Assembly: GCA_964016885.1 (NCBI GenBank)
Contig: OZ024744.1
Span: 96,596,001 to 96,660,000 of the forward strand
Direction: 5' to 3'
Length of the DNA stretch: 64,000 bases
Source of the DNA: Eledone cirrhosa
Lineage: Eukaryota
Under the pieces are notes generated by a model. The model ran no database searches. It saw only the letters and a list, made by a program, of their open reading frames with translations, and had not been told where the DNA came from. Shown piece by piece: positions 24,832 through 37,282 of the stretch. Numbering within the stretch: the first letter of the stretch is position 1; each line of letters starts with the position of its first letter. The translations under genes were made by a program, and so were the position numbers.

Positions 24832-25120
24832 ACTAAAGGTGGAAAACTGGGAGAGGGCACTTGCCTTGGTGGTCAGGGTCATTGTGGCTTTTTACTGGGC
24901 TTTCTCCACAAATGTCCCTCCGAAGTCTCCCCCCTATTGGGGAATTTTTCATTGTTATTTTCATTGTTATTTTTGTTACATCCTCTGTTTTTGTTTTTTT
25001 ACACGCAGAAATGCCCATTTGTACCGTCCTGCATTGTCCTGCACTGTCCTTAATGTCTACTTTATGTAAACCCTTGTGGTTAATAAAGAAATCATTATTA
25101 TTATTATTATTATTGTTATT

Positions 25121-28100
25121 CCTTGAATCTCAGTCATTGATGTTGGTTAACTGGAAAGTCCGTTGGATTGAATATCAAGCCACTACCTGCAGCCTCAGAT
25201 ATTCAGGACGTATCGGAGGGTTCTTGCCGTTCCAAGCAAGCATGCCTTTTGAAGCGTTCCAAAAAGCGTGAAGGGGCCGATTTTCTTTAACCATCCCTGG
25301 AAACCTTTGGAGATAGTCCCCAGTGCGCCTATGACAATCGGGATCACTTTGACTTCATGGCAGTTCCAAATCCTTTTCACCTCCCACTTTAGGTCCTGGT
25401 ATCGGTTAATTTTCTCCCTCTCCTTCTCTTGCACTCTCGTGTCGAACGGGCAGGCCACATCCACAATCAGGCACGATCTTTTTTCTTTGTCCACAACCAC
25501 CAGGTCAGGTCTATTGTGTTCCAGTTTTTTGTCCGTCTGTATCCTAAAATCCCACAGCACCTTCACCTGACTGTTCTCCATCACCGCCTCTGGCCTATGC
25601 TCATACCATTTCTCAGAATGTGGTAGATTGTTTACTTTGCACAGGTGCCAGTGGATCACCCTGCCCATCACATCGTGTCTCCAGCCCTTATAGTGGGTCT
25701 GGGCTAGGTGTTTACACTCGGACACAATGTGAGCCACAGTCTCCTCTCTCTCTCCACAGATCCTGCACAGTGGGCTAGCCTCCTCCTTGTAGATATGGTG
25801 CTTCAACCACTTCGTTTTGAGGGCCTGCTCCTGCGCAGCCATTAGCATTCCTTCTGTAGCCTTTTTGAGGTCTCCTCTTCTCAACCAGTTCCATGTCTGT
25901 GGATCTCTAAATTCAGTTTTCTCAAAGAAGGTACTATGAAGGGATTTTCCCTTAAGGCTGCTCTTCCTCCTTGATGTTATTTCCTCCTTGGGTATCCCCT
26001 GGCCTACTCTCCCCTCCTTCAGTACAGCTCTGAGCATTGGCTCCTTACTATAGGTCACGTATTTGTATAGGTTGTTTTTCTCCATCTGAACACAGTCCTC
26101 TATGCTGATAAGACCTCTTCCACCCTCAGATCTCCTTAGGTAGAGTCTATCGACATCACTCCTCTTGTGGAACATGTTGTAGATAGTCAATAGCTTCCTA
26201 GTCTTCCTATCCATTTCTTTTTGTTCAGCAACATTCCATCTCAGAATTCCCGCACTGTACCTAATAATAGACACAGCTCGGGAATTTACTGCGCTTATGG
26301 CATTTCTGCTGTTCAGATGTGACTTCAATACGCTCCTTACTCTCCGAATGTATTCAGTTCTTAACAATTCCTTCATTTTTTTGTTCTTTATGCCATCAGC
26401 CTCCAGAACGCCCAAATACTTGTATCCTTCCTCAGAGTCAATTTCCTTTATCATCTCACCTGTTGGTATCTGGATCCCGTTACTTCTGCTCAACCTACCC
26501 CTCCTCATCACAATGACTCCACATTTACCAATACCAAACTGCATACATATATCACTGCTGAAAATACGGACAGTGTCAACAAGCACATCCAACTCCTTCT
26601 CACTTTTCCCGAAGAGCTTAAGATCGTCCATGAAGAGGAGGTGATTGATGGTAAGCTCTCCCCTTCCCAACTTGTATCCTGCTCTCACTTTTCGCAGCAT
26701 AATGGTCAAGGGCATCAGGGCAAGGACAAACAACAGAGGGGACAGGCTATCTCCCTGGAAGATACCTCTCTTGATCTTCACGCTTCCCAAGGATACTCCA
26801 GTTGATGTCAACTCTGTCTCCCAGGACCCCATACTCCTGCCCAGCAACTCTCTGATGTTATCTGCCACCCTGAAGATCTCCAGGCTTTTGGTGATCCAGG
26901 AATGAGGCACCATGTCAAATGCCTTTCTGTAGTCTATCCATCCCATGGCAAGATCAGTGTGTCTCCTCCTGCAATTCCCCATTACCATCTTATCAATAAG
27001 CAACTGGTCCTTTGTACCACGTGACTTCTTTCGGCATCCTTTCTGTTCGTCCGGCAACAAGTTGTTTGTGTGGAGGTGATGGTAGATTTCCTCAGACACA
27101 ATGCTCGTCAACAGTTTCCACATTACGGGCAGACATGTGATAGGTCTATAGTTGGTAACATCATTACCCTTGATTCGGTCTTTCATTATCAGAACTGTGG
27201 TACCTTTTGTCAACCACTCTGGCACCTCACCCGACACCAAGCAGTCATTGAACATGGCCGTCAGCTTCGGGTGGAGGGATGTTAAATGTTTAATCCAATA
27301 CCCCTGCACACCATCTGGGCCTGGTGATTTCCAGTTGGTTAGTTTTTTGGCTTGCCCCTTAAGAGTTTCAACTGTGATACTCAAATCAGTCTGTTGCTGT
27401 GCCTGCTCACCGATCTCCCTCTGTACTGTCTCAATCCACCCTGCCTGGGCATTGTGTCTAACATCCTGCTCCCATATTCCTCTCCAGAATGTTTTAGCTT
27501 GTTCCGCCCCAGGGATCAAGTCGGTGCCTCTTTCTTTCCCCTCAAGCTGTCCAAACAGCATCTTCTGGTTGTTGTCGAACATGCGGTTCTGTTTATACTG
27601 ACTGACTCTGTTCTCGTATCGCCTGATTTTGGCACTCTTTGCTACAATGCGTTGCTTCAATTCCTCTATGATAATATTTAGCTTTTTACTCCTAGTTTTG
27701 TATTTTATTTCCAGTCTATTTTTAGTGCCTATGTTTTTTAGTGTCCCATTCAGTAGTGACTCAAGCTTTCCTATGTCATTTCTCATTTCCCCGATTTGCC
27801 CACTCAGTCGCTTCTTCCACCACGGCTCTGCTCTTTCTTGTCTGTTGTTTCCTCTCGCTTTTATACCAAGTAGTTTCCTCACCGTATTTGCTGTTGCTTT
27901 GAGGATATTGTTGCACTGGTGAAGACTCCTCGCCTCAAGGTATGGGATGACTTTGTTTACCTTAGCTGTTGTTTCTTTTAACTTTTTCCTGTCTACAAAT
28001 CTTAGGTTCATAGGTCTCCCACTATCATTGTTCAACTCATCTACCACTAAATTTAGGATGTCAACCGAATCTTGTCCTAGCCCGTCAGCATTCATCTCCT

Positions 28101-29632
28101 CAGTGGCCGTATCTCTGTTCCAGGTATTATTTATCTCAGTATTCAGATCATTGTCTGCTTCGGGTGGTTCCTCCGCTCTCAGGACCCCCTCACCTTCATT
28201 TCCCGCCGGCTCGCTTGTCTGGCATACTACACCCGCCATCTCCAAGCCATTCTCTCTGCTCAGTTCCTCCAGTTCCAGCTCGCTTATCCACCCATTAGTT
28301 CTTATTACCCGAGCCTGCCCGGCCAATTTTTGTTCATCTAATTTAAATAAACCAATCTCGTTCCAGATGTTATGCATCCGTCTCCTGTAGCCCCTCTCCT
28401 TGGGGTTACTTTTCAGGTAGCATTGCATAACAGTTCTATTCAATTCTTTCGTCCAGTTGGTTCTGGCCCCTTTCCTTCTTCTTCTTCCTCCAACATCAGC
28501 AGTATTTCGTTGACAGTCAGGTTCCTGCTGCTGAGCCAGGGGGCACCTGTTGGGTGAGAGTCTGTCACATGACGTTCTAGTCTCCATTTCACCGTTATTC
28601 GAACTGATTATGTTCGATATTTAAACACTCTTATCGAGGATTGGCGAATGTATGTTTACATAGCCATCTGTGGATCCGCCATCCCACTTGGCCCTTGTGT
28701 GGCATTATCACCACGCTGTATACGGACACACATAAACAAACAAACACACGGGCAGAAAGGGCCCCAAAAATGAATAAGCATAAGTTTCATTGTAATGTAG
28801 TATTCGAATGTCTGACTTAGTTTTTGTTTTTTAAGTTTTACTTTTTCCCCCCTCTTCTCTGTCCGTCCGCCTGCCTCTCTCTTCATTCTTATTTTCTTTA
28901 CGTTTTGGGGGTTTCTTTTTTTGTTTTTGTTTTTCTCTGTTTTTCTCGTTTTTTACTGTTGTTGCTGTGCTGCTTTTGTTGTTTATTTTTTCTTTTTTCT
29001 TTTGAGTCTATCTATATATTTTGATGCCTTCCTCTTTTTTAGCAGTAGGGATTCTATAATGTGGTGGCAGCAGCCAGCTAAAAGAAGAAGTGGGAGACTG
29101 GCGGCGGTAGCGATACTGAGACAGTGGTGGTGGTGATGTCGATACCGAGACAGTGGTGGCGGTGATGTGACCGTATTACTGTAGCGATGGTGCTGTAGCG
29201 GTGGCAGCAGTGAAGGAGTGAAGGGGTGGTGGCGGCGGTGATGGGATAATGGTTGTAATGATGGCCGTAGTGATCGGTGGTGGTTTAGTGTACACAGGTG
29301 ATAGGGTGGGTGGTGTATCTAGTTTCTGGTGTTGGTGAGTTTGGCTGTTCTATATAGTGTATACAGAGGAGGAGGGGGGGGGGGGTTCTTCTTCCATTTA
29401 TAGCCATTTTCTTTTTTGGATATACAGTGTACAATACAAAGTTGAATATTTGAATATTTGAGCCTTATAACAATATATATTGGGTCCGAATTTTTTGGGG
29501 CTCAAGCCGGGTGCTTTACGTAGCATTTGTACTAAGAGTTGTTATTTCACAAATGGTTTAAATATGTTAAAAATTCAAAACTTACGGGAGCGATTTCATG
29601 ACCTCCGTCACCTCGTGCGTCTTCTTCCCTTT
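25121..29632 (-). mobile_element. Full-length R4/Dong element, family A (A3)
   Basis: Intact ORF and the longest 5' UTR, which abuts (ATT)n 29633-29690. Confidence 0.95.
25195..28587 (-). CDS. RT-RLE polyprotein (1130 aa), R4/Dong clade
   Basis: Same motifs as the A2 ORF, with roughly 25 scattered substitutions counted by eye. Confidence 0.95.
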   Translation of the reverse strand: METRTSCDRLSPNRCPLAQQQEPDCQRNTADVGGRRRRKGARTNWTKELNRTVMQCYLKSNPKERGYRRRMHNIWNEIGLFKLDEQKLAGQARVIRTNGWISELELEELSRENGLEMAGVVCQTSEPAGNEGEGVLRAEEPPEADNDLNTEINNTWNRDTATEEMNADGLGQDSVDILNLVVDELNNDSGRPMNLRFVDRKKLKETTAKVNKVIPYLEARSLHQCNNILKATANTVRKLLGIKARGNNRQERAEPWWKKRLSGQIGEMRNDIGKLESLLNGTLKNIGTKNRLEIKYKTRSKKLNIIIEELKQRIVAKSAKIRRYENRVSQYKQNRMFDNNQKMLFGQLEGKERGTDLIPGAEQAKTFWRGIWEQDVRHNAQAGWIETVQREIGEQAQQQTDLSITVETLKGQAKKLTNWKSPGPDGVQGYWIKHLTSLHPKLTAMFNDCLVSGEVPEWLTKGTTVLIMKDRIKGNDVTNYRPITCLPVMWKLLTSIVSEEIYHHLHTNNLLPDEQKGCRKKSRGTKDQLLIDKMVMGNCRRRHTDLAMGWIDYRKAFDMVPHSWITKSLEIFRVADNIRELLGRSMGSWETELTSTGVSLGSVKIKRGIFQGDSLSPLLFVLALMPLTIMLRKVRAGYKLGRGELTINHLLFMDDLKLFGKSEKELDVLVDTVRIFSSDICMQFGIGKCGVIVMRRGRLSRSNGIQIPTGEMIKEIDSEEGYKYLGVLEADGIKNKKMKELLRTEYIRRVRSVLKSHLNSRNAISAVNSRAVSIIRYSAGILRWNVAEQKEMDRKTRKLLTIYNMFHKRSDVDRLYLRRSEGGRGLISIEDCVQMEKNNLYKYVTYSKEPMLRAVLKEGRVGQGIPKEEITSRRKSSLKGKSLHSTFFEKTEFRDPQTWNWLRRGDLKKATEGMLMAAQEQALKTKWLKHHIYKEEASPLCRICGEREETVAHIVSECKHLAQTHYKGWRHDVMGRVIHWHLCKVNNLPHSEKWYEHRPEAVMENSQVKVLWDFRIQTDKKLEHNRPDLVVVDKEKRSCLIVDVACPFDTRVQEKEREKINRYQDLKWEVKRIWNCHEVKVIPIVIGALGTISKGFQGWLKKIGPFTLFGTLQKACLLGTARTLRYVLNI

Positions 29633-29633
29633 A

Positions 29634-29682
<49 letters not shown>

Positions 29683-29690
29683 GTTGTTGT

Positions 29691-30119
29691 TCTTTGAGTC
29701 TCAGTCTGTTAGATAACTGGAAAGTTTGTTGAAATGAATATCAAGCCACTACCTGCAGCCTCAGATATTCAGGACGTATCGGAGGGTTCTTGCTGTTCCT
29801 AGCAAGCATGCCTTTTGAAGCGTTCCAAAAAACGTGGCGGGGCCAATTTTCTTTAACCATCACTGGAAACTTTTTGAGATAGTACCTAGTGCGCCTGACA
29901 ATCGGGACCACTTTGACTTCATTGCAGTTCCAAATCCTTTTTTCCTCCCACTTTAAGTCCTGGTATCGGTTAATTTTCTCCCTCTCCTTCTCTTGCACTC
30001 TTGTGTCGAATGGGCAGGCCACATCCACAATCAGGCACGATCTTTTTTCCTTGTCCAAAACCACCAGGTAAGGTCTATTGTGTTCCAGTTTCTTGTCCCT
30101 CTGTATCCTAAAATCCCAC
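29691..30119 (-). mobile_element. Short, more diverged 3' fragment of family A
   Basis: Encodes LDKEKRSCLIVDVACPFDTRVQEKE. Flanked by (ATT)n. Confidence 0.88.
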
Positions 30120-30141
30120 TATTATTATTATTATTATTATT

Positions 30142-30390
30142 ACAGCTGCATTTATCTTGCTTTATGTTCATATGAGTTATCACCAAGTCACAACCAGTGA
30201 CCTCAAGAGACAACAAGGTCCGCCATGTTCAAGAAAGAACATACATACACACACATGCATCTTTAGGTGTTTAGTCTTGTGATGTACTTATATTGACAGA
30301 ATCTTCCTTAGTATATGGGCAGTTCCCATTAGTACTATCTTTTGTATTTCTCCTATACGCGGGTTTCCTGGGATTTGCGATAAGTAATCA
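30142..30390 (-). mobile_element. Short 3' fragment of family B (B3)
   Basis: Matches 8039-8288. Flanked by (ATT)n, with aagtaatca duplicated at the 5' junction. Confidence 0.88.
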
Positions 30391-30534
30391 TTATTATAAG
30401 TAATCAATTATTATTATTATTATTATCATTATTATTAAATTATATTAATAATATTCGCTCTCTCTTTGTATTCTATAATGCCTTATAAGAACAAAGGTGA
30501 ACAAAAACCCTTCACTTAGATCCAACATGTGCTG

Positions 30535-31270
30535 CACACACATACACACACACACACACATACATACATACACTCACGCACGCACACACACATACTGACA
30601 CATACATACAGAAACACACGAATGTACGCCCACACGCAAACTCGCGCACACACACACGCACGCAATACACACATGAACATACACGCATGCACAAATACAC
30701 ACATAGACACACAAACACACATACACACTTATAATAAAAAACACACACGCACGCACACCCACATTCACAAACACACGAATGTAGGCGCACACACATAAGC
30801 ACATACACGCACACACACATACACAAACACACGAACGTAGGCACACACACGCACACACACACGCATACACACACATACACACACACATACACACATACAC
30901 ACATACACACATACACGCAATACACACATACACACACACACACACACATTCACAAACACAAGAATGTACGCACACACACACAAGCATATAGACACACACA
31001 TACACTCACACATACACGCAATACACGCACATACACAAAAACGAATGTACGCACACACACACACAAGCATATACACACACACACACACATACGCACATAC
31101 ACGTAATACACACATACACACGAATGTACGCAAAAGCACATATACACACATACACAAACACACATGAACACACACACATGAACACACACACATACATACA
31201 CACACACACATACATACACACACACGGATACATACACGCACACACACACATACACACTCACACTTACGCT
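30535..31270. repeat. Compound (CA)n/CATA microsatellite with a recurring acacgaatgtacgc unit
   Basis: Seen directly; it produces the spurious VCVC/HTHT ORFs. Confidence 0.9.
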
Positions 31271-31487
31271 TACGCAACATGGACATGAAAGGGATAATAG
31301 AGCAGACAAACACAATGGCCGATGTGGACAGTCACTCATAAGAAACAAATGGATATGGCGCCCATGAACATAATAAGGCCAGGCGAAATGTGGTAATCTA
31401 TCAAATGTACCAGTAATGTAGGACACAGAAAATATACAGTTGCAAAGGCTATTTTGAGTAAAGGAAGATCAATATTAATACGCTAGA

Positions 31488-31536
<49 letters not shown>

Positions 31537-31561
31537 TATATATATATATATACATACATGT

Positions 31562-31670
31562 TATATATATATATATATATATACATACATACATTTATAC
31601 ACACACACATTCATATAAAAATACATATATACGTGTGTGTATGTGTGTGTTTGTCTGCGACGATATATAT

Positions 31671-31704
<34 letters not shown>

Positions 31705-31805
31705 TCACAGACAAACACACACATACACACACGTATATATGTATTTTTATATGAATGTGTGTGTGTGTATAAATGTATGTATGTATATATATATATATAT
31801 ATATA
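31562..31805. repeat. Near-perfect palindrome centred on (TA)n
   Basis: 31582-31662 is the reverse complement of 31702-31782 with one mismatch. Confidence 0.85.
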
Positions 31806-31813
31806 GTAATTGT

Positions 31814-31990
31814 TTCTACTTTAGGCACAAGGCCAGCAATTATCCACTGCATTACTGGTACTTTATTTTATCGACACCGTAAGGATGAAAGGCAAAGTCA
31901 ACCTCGGCGGGATTTGAACTCAGATCGTAAAGGGACGTAACTGTGCTGGAAAGCAAGGCGTCCGACCCTCTACCGATACTGCCAATCCAC
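31814..31990 (-). mobile_element. SINE with a short target-site duplication (atagtaat)
   Basis: A/B boxes, core and tail are present; atagtaat occurs on both sides. Confidence 0.85.
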
Positions 31991-32103
31991 CATAGTAATA
32001 ATAATAAATTTGAAGACAAAAATCCAAAGTCGGCTCGATAAGGGTGAAAGCAGCGATTCTTTGCTTCAACTGTAATCTGTTATTTTAATAAATATTTTTA
32101 ATA

Positions 32104-32138
<35 letters not shown>

Positions 32139-32238
32139 GGAGAGGTAGAACACTGGAAGGTAATAGCCGTAGTGGTAGAGCACTCAGTCCAAGGGACGAG
32201 TTAGGTAGAAGTGGTTACACAACGGTTAGTTCACCATA

Positions 32239-32278
32239 CCGAGAACAATTGTTTCACCTTAGCGGATCCTCAGCCCGG
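32239..32278 (-). ncRNA. Minimal type-I hammerhead ribozyme motif
   Basis: ccggg CTGAGGA t-cc-gctaa-gg-t GAAA caattg TT ctcgg. Confidence 0.6.
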
Positions 32279-32316
32279 GATGGGCATGGTTATAGGAACA
32301 GGAAGGAGAACCGTAC

Positions 32317-32365
<49 letters not shown>

Positions 32366-32374
32366 TATATATAT

Positions 32375-32420
<46 letters not shown>

Positions 32421-32425
<5 letters not shown>

Positions 32426-32880
32426 TGTTAGAGAAAACAATACCAAATTCTTGAACAATTATATTTAATGGTTTACAATTGTTTCGGAAATCATATCAAT
32501 ATTATGCACACACAGATGAAACTTATCGATTATATGATATGATCGATAATAGTAAATGATAATAAAAAGAAAAGATTAATATGGTCTCCTCTTCGGATCG
32601 GAGCCTAAATGAAAAAAAATGGACATATAAAAGAGGAAGAGGGGAGTTAGTATTATACTTAACGGTAGAATAACAAGATCAATATATGTGTGAAAAGAAA
32701 CATGGTATAAAATTAATCAAGGGTGTTAATATATGAGAAATTAAAGGGGGTGATGTATATCAAGATAATGTGGGAAAGGTAAAAAAAAAGTGCACATAAC
32801 GTTGATATGATTTCCGAAAAAATTGTAAGCCATTAAATATATTAGTTCAAGAATTTGGTATTGTTTTATTTAACATTTAA
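32421..32880. mobile_element. Fold-back Penelope-terminus mini-element with inverted arms of about 80 bp
   Basis: 32421-32500 is inverted to 32801-32880. Contains a hammerhead-like motif at 32470-32605 (minus). Abuts (TA)n. Confidence 0.65.
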
Positions 32881-32918
32881 TTTCTATATTAATGCTTTGC
32901 TGACATTATTTCTCTTGA

Positions 32919-33348
32919 GTTCAAATCCTGCCAAGGTTAACTTTGCCTTTCATCCTTACGGGTCGATAAAATAAAGTACCAATAATGCACTGGGTTTTTG
33001 CTGGCCTTGTGCCTAACGTAGAAACAATTATTTCTCTTGAAATCCCGCCGAGGTTAACTTTGCCTTTCATCCTTACGGGGGTCGATAAAATAAAGTACCA
33101 GTAATGTACTGGGATAATTGTTGGCCTTATGACAAAAAGTAGAAACAATTATTTCTCTTGAAGGGCGGTGAATTGGCAGTATCGGTAGAGAGTTGGACGC
33201 CATGCTTTCTAGCATAGTTACGTCTCTTTACAGTCTGAGTTCAAATCCAGCCGAGGTTAACTTTGCCTTTCATCCTTACGGGGGTCGATAAAATAAAGTA
33301 CCAGTAATGTATTGGGTAATTGCTGGCCTTGTGCCTAAAGTAGAAACA
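32919..33348 (+). mobile_element. Three SINE copies stacked at one target site
   Basis: attatttctcttga occurs at 32905, 33027, 33148 and 33349, bracketing copies with different 5' ends. Confidence 0.9.
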
Positions 33349-33458
33349 ATTATTTCTCTTGATTACATTGTTCGCATGTCTTGCATCTAATACGCATTGA
33401 ACACACTGTCCCCTTCACTACTAATCTCTTATCTCTCCTCCTCGATTACTTTGTATGC

Positions 33459-33539
<81 letters not shown>

Positions 33540-33589
33540 GTACATACATACATATATATGAACAATAACACAAATAATAATAATAATTC

Positions 33590-34060
33590 CGTAAGCATGA
33601 CTAGCAAAGTTAACGTCGGCGAGATTTGAGCCCAGAACGTAAAGGGCCATAACTCTATGCTGCAAAGAAATAATAATAATGGTTTCTTTCTTATATAGGC
33701 ACAAGGCCTGTAATTTTTTTTTGGGGGGGGGGATGAGAGAGTTCATTATATCAACCAAGTGCGTGACTGGTACTTTATTTTATCAAACCCTTAAGGCTGT
33801 AAAGCAAAGTTAACCTCGGCGGGATTTGAACTCAAACTATAAAGGGCCGTAACTCTATGCTGAAAAGCAATAATAATAATAATTGTTTTACTTTAGGCAC
33901 AAGGCCAGCAATAACCCAGTGCATTACTGGTTCTTTATTTTATCGACCTCGTAAGGATGAAAGGCAAAGTCAACCTCGGCGGGATTTGAACTCAGATCGT
34001 AAAGGGACGTAACTATGCTGGAAAGCATTGCGTCCGACCCTCTACCGATACTGCCAATCC
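33590..34060 (-). mobile_element. Cluster of SINE copies separated by (AAT)n
   Basis: Repeated B-box, core and tail sequences in reverse orientation. Confidence 0.8.
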
Positions 34061-36982
34061 AATAATAATCATAATAGAGTAGTGTAGTAAATACGAAGCG
34101 TTGTGAGATATGTGTTAAAAGACCGTTTTTGAAAGCCGGTGCAATGCAGTAGAAAAATACGAAGGGCAAATGATGACGAATGATATAAAACAAAACAAGG
34201 TAATGTTTTCCCCAGTGTATTTTAGCAGCATATTTCAGGACTATTACACTCTTTTCAGATGTGAAGTTGAATCTGTCCAAGATAAAGCAAACGAGCGATC
34301 AAAGTTTTCAGAGTGTTCTTCCCTAATTGGTATATGTGATTACAAAACGCATACGCAAGCGCGGGGTCGCTACTGATCATTCTGCCTCTTGCATTTTTTA
34401 CCTATTATTTATCTTCGGTTTTATTCGGCTAATGTAAATAGCTTCCTTAATCCTTAAATTTCTCATAGTCCTTTCAGTCGCCTCATTTGTGACCTCAATG
34501 TCTTGGTTGCGGCATCTCTCAAGGCGTTTTTTAACGGAATTTGTTATAGAAAGAAAGCAAAGAATTCAGAGAAGTGAAAATCAAACTGGCCACGTGAAAG
34601 ATAGAAAGTAAAGGGGGTGGTTGCAGATAAAATATTGTTGCTTTAAGTTTCATATTTATTTGACAACGAACTAAAAAAAAAACTTCAGACGATAAAGTAC
34701 CGGAGACCAAATGATGACGAATCGCAATCAAGTAATAACTTATTCAGCCCCTGATCAATGTATTCAACAGACCACTTTACTACCAAACCAATCTCTCTTG
34801 CCACCACCATCATCACCACCGACACCGCCCCTGCCGCCACAAGTACATCATTATCATATGACTACCCCAACTATCAACAATCCGATAAAATAATAGTTTT
34901 TCTTTTAAAGAAATTCCAAATACATAAACATACAGCTAGATTTGCAAGGGGAGGGGGGGGGCAAACATTGTAAAGCGAGATATGTCTCCTTTCTGTCAGG
35001 AGTTGCGATTGAAAGATAACATCAATAATGGAAAGACAAATGGAAACAATGTTTCCTTTTTCAGATCTGTGATGGGCGTTTTTCCGTTTTATATCACTTG
35101 GATAACAAGGATTTGATGTTAAAAATTAAAATAGTAAGAACCGAAAAAATTATCCAAAAATTATATTTAAAAACACAAAATATAAAAAAAAAATAGAATA
35201 AAATATAAAAATAAGCAATGTGGAAAACGAAAATATAAAGTTTCAAAGATTATTTTGATACTTGGGAAATAATTTAATAAGTAAAACTACTAGAAGGAAT
35301 CGATCTACTAACTGCTATGTAGGAATATATAAGGAGGTGTGAAGTTTTTGAATAAATAGAGTGTATACTAATTCAGTGTTAGTCCTTAGTAGAAAGAAAT
35401 TATCAAAGTAGTAACATAATGATATTTGTAGAATTGATAACCTCTTTTCAGAATTACTCTATTACTCTATTACGTGTTCCAGCAGACAGGCTGAGGTCAT
35501 GCTCGGGCATTGCCAAGTTTTTCAGTTATACATAAACTTATTTCTATATGTTAAACTATTTCTATATGGTCTCCATCACATAATACCATAATTAAAATCA
35601 TGTTCTTACAAATTCCAGATGTACCTGGACAATGTTGTTATATTACGATTTTGTATTAGTCCCAATGAAGAAGTATGATTGAAGTATCTGTTTTGAAATT
35701 TATTTTTCATTATGCGGTCCCTTAATATAATATTATATCAGAAGCTAGTAGATTAAAAGTTAAGATCACATATATTCATAACCAGCTCTATACAATACTA
35801 AAAAGAAATTACGCAGCCTCATCTGATTTACACCTTGTATTTTATTGCTAAATACGTTCTAGCTCTATCTGATCACATTTCTGAATACCTAAAACAGAGT
35901 TATGTTATGACATATTAACTAAGTTATCTGGTGTTAAATTCACAAGTAGAAACATAAATTCATACCCACTTAATCAGTCATATCAATTCAGGAGTTTAAT
36001 TAACTGAGTGATGTCTAAAAACATCTGACTGATAAAATGACAAGTCAGTCAATCATATAGGTGACCTCCCCACAGCCCCGGCGGACAGAATGGAGAAGGC
36101 GTTTCCCTTCAGTCATATTATGCTTGAGCAATCGTATATGAATCAGACGTCTCAGAAGATTAATAAAGCTAGATGTAATGAATTGTGCATCATACAAAAT
36201 CTTTGTCCCTGCATGCAAACCCGGAACTCTGGGATTTTCCTTCATATTTTATTACCTAAATATTTGTTTTTGACTAAATATGCAACATAAAAAGAAACTA
36301 GATAATGGACTTTATCACATTATTTAGAGATCATTCAAAACTTGTATTCAGCACTACTTTTTATTTATGCAAACACGTTTTACATACTGAACTAATTCAT
36401 ACGTCTTCTGTGGAACATCAGGGTCACATAGTAATCCACATGGTATGATGTTTGTCATTTCACAGTGTAACAAATATTGCAGCATATTTCTTGATTAAAA
36501 AAACAAAAAAAAAACTCTAGGGTAAATTATGCAACTATACACGATAACCTACTCTTCGAAAAATATCCCTACGCCATCAAATAAGTGCTATATAAAGAGA
36601 CCACTAGAGAAAGTGGAAGATATAGTTGGAAAACCTTTCATTATGGCACTGAAACCATCGACACATATAACTACTACGTCATAAATACTCACAAAATCCC
36701 TCCCCACACCAATAAGTAAAAACTTAGAAAGTTTTGAATTTGATGATTTAAATATCTTAGCCCATATAAATTTTCCTAAGAATAAAAATAAATAAAAAAA
36801 ATATCATTTATATTCTCTGATAAATTTTAAAAACAAATAAAAAAGCGGCCCTGACTTATAACTTAAACATAAATACGTAGATGCTAGAATTATAGTTCAT
36901 AAAATTAAACTAGAAAAGACGGTTAAAAAATGCACGTCACATTTATGGACTATGAGGGAAAATTTGTCTCTAGTTCCAAATA

Positions 36983-37282
36983 GGATAAAGATAAAGATCC
37001 CATAACTCCTTGGTGGAGTCGTAGAGGCACCGTCATATGGTGTGTCTAGGGTTCTTTAAAACCTGATGGAGCCCAACCCTCTCCAGGTCTGAACACAGTG
37101 GATTTTTTCTATAGAAAAAGAATCGACCCCAGTACTGGACTGGTACTTTTTCTTATCAACCTCGAAAGGATGAAAGGCAAAGTTGACCTCGGCGGGATTT
37201 GAACTCAGAGCACGAAATGAGGTGAGACGAATACTGTAAAGCCTTCTATCCGACGTCTTAACGACTCTGCCAATTCGCCGCC
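36983..37282 (-). mobile_element. SINE with the same head and core but a different 3' tail; 12-13 bp TSD
   Basis: ctagttccaaata at 36970-36982 and 37282-37294. The tail ends ggagttatgggatc(tttatc)2. Confidence 0.85.

Larger units (their letters stand above)
19066..25093 (+). mobile_element. Full-length Tx1-type (L1 group) retrotransposon in (ATT)n
   Basis: Two intact ORFs between (ATT)n 19027-19065 and 25094-25120. No poly(A) tail; ends ccttgtggttaataaagaaatc. Confidence 0.93.

Noticed and set aside
1365-28557. Plus-strand ORFs overlapping the Dong ORFs and repeated between copies
   Set aside because: They are antisense shadows, conserved only because the copies are near-identical.
29480-29632. 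HDV-like ribozyme at the Dong 5' end
   Set aside because: I could not build the nested double pseudoknot by eye; a descriptor search is needed.
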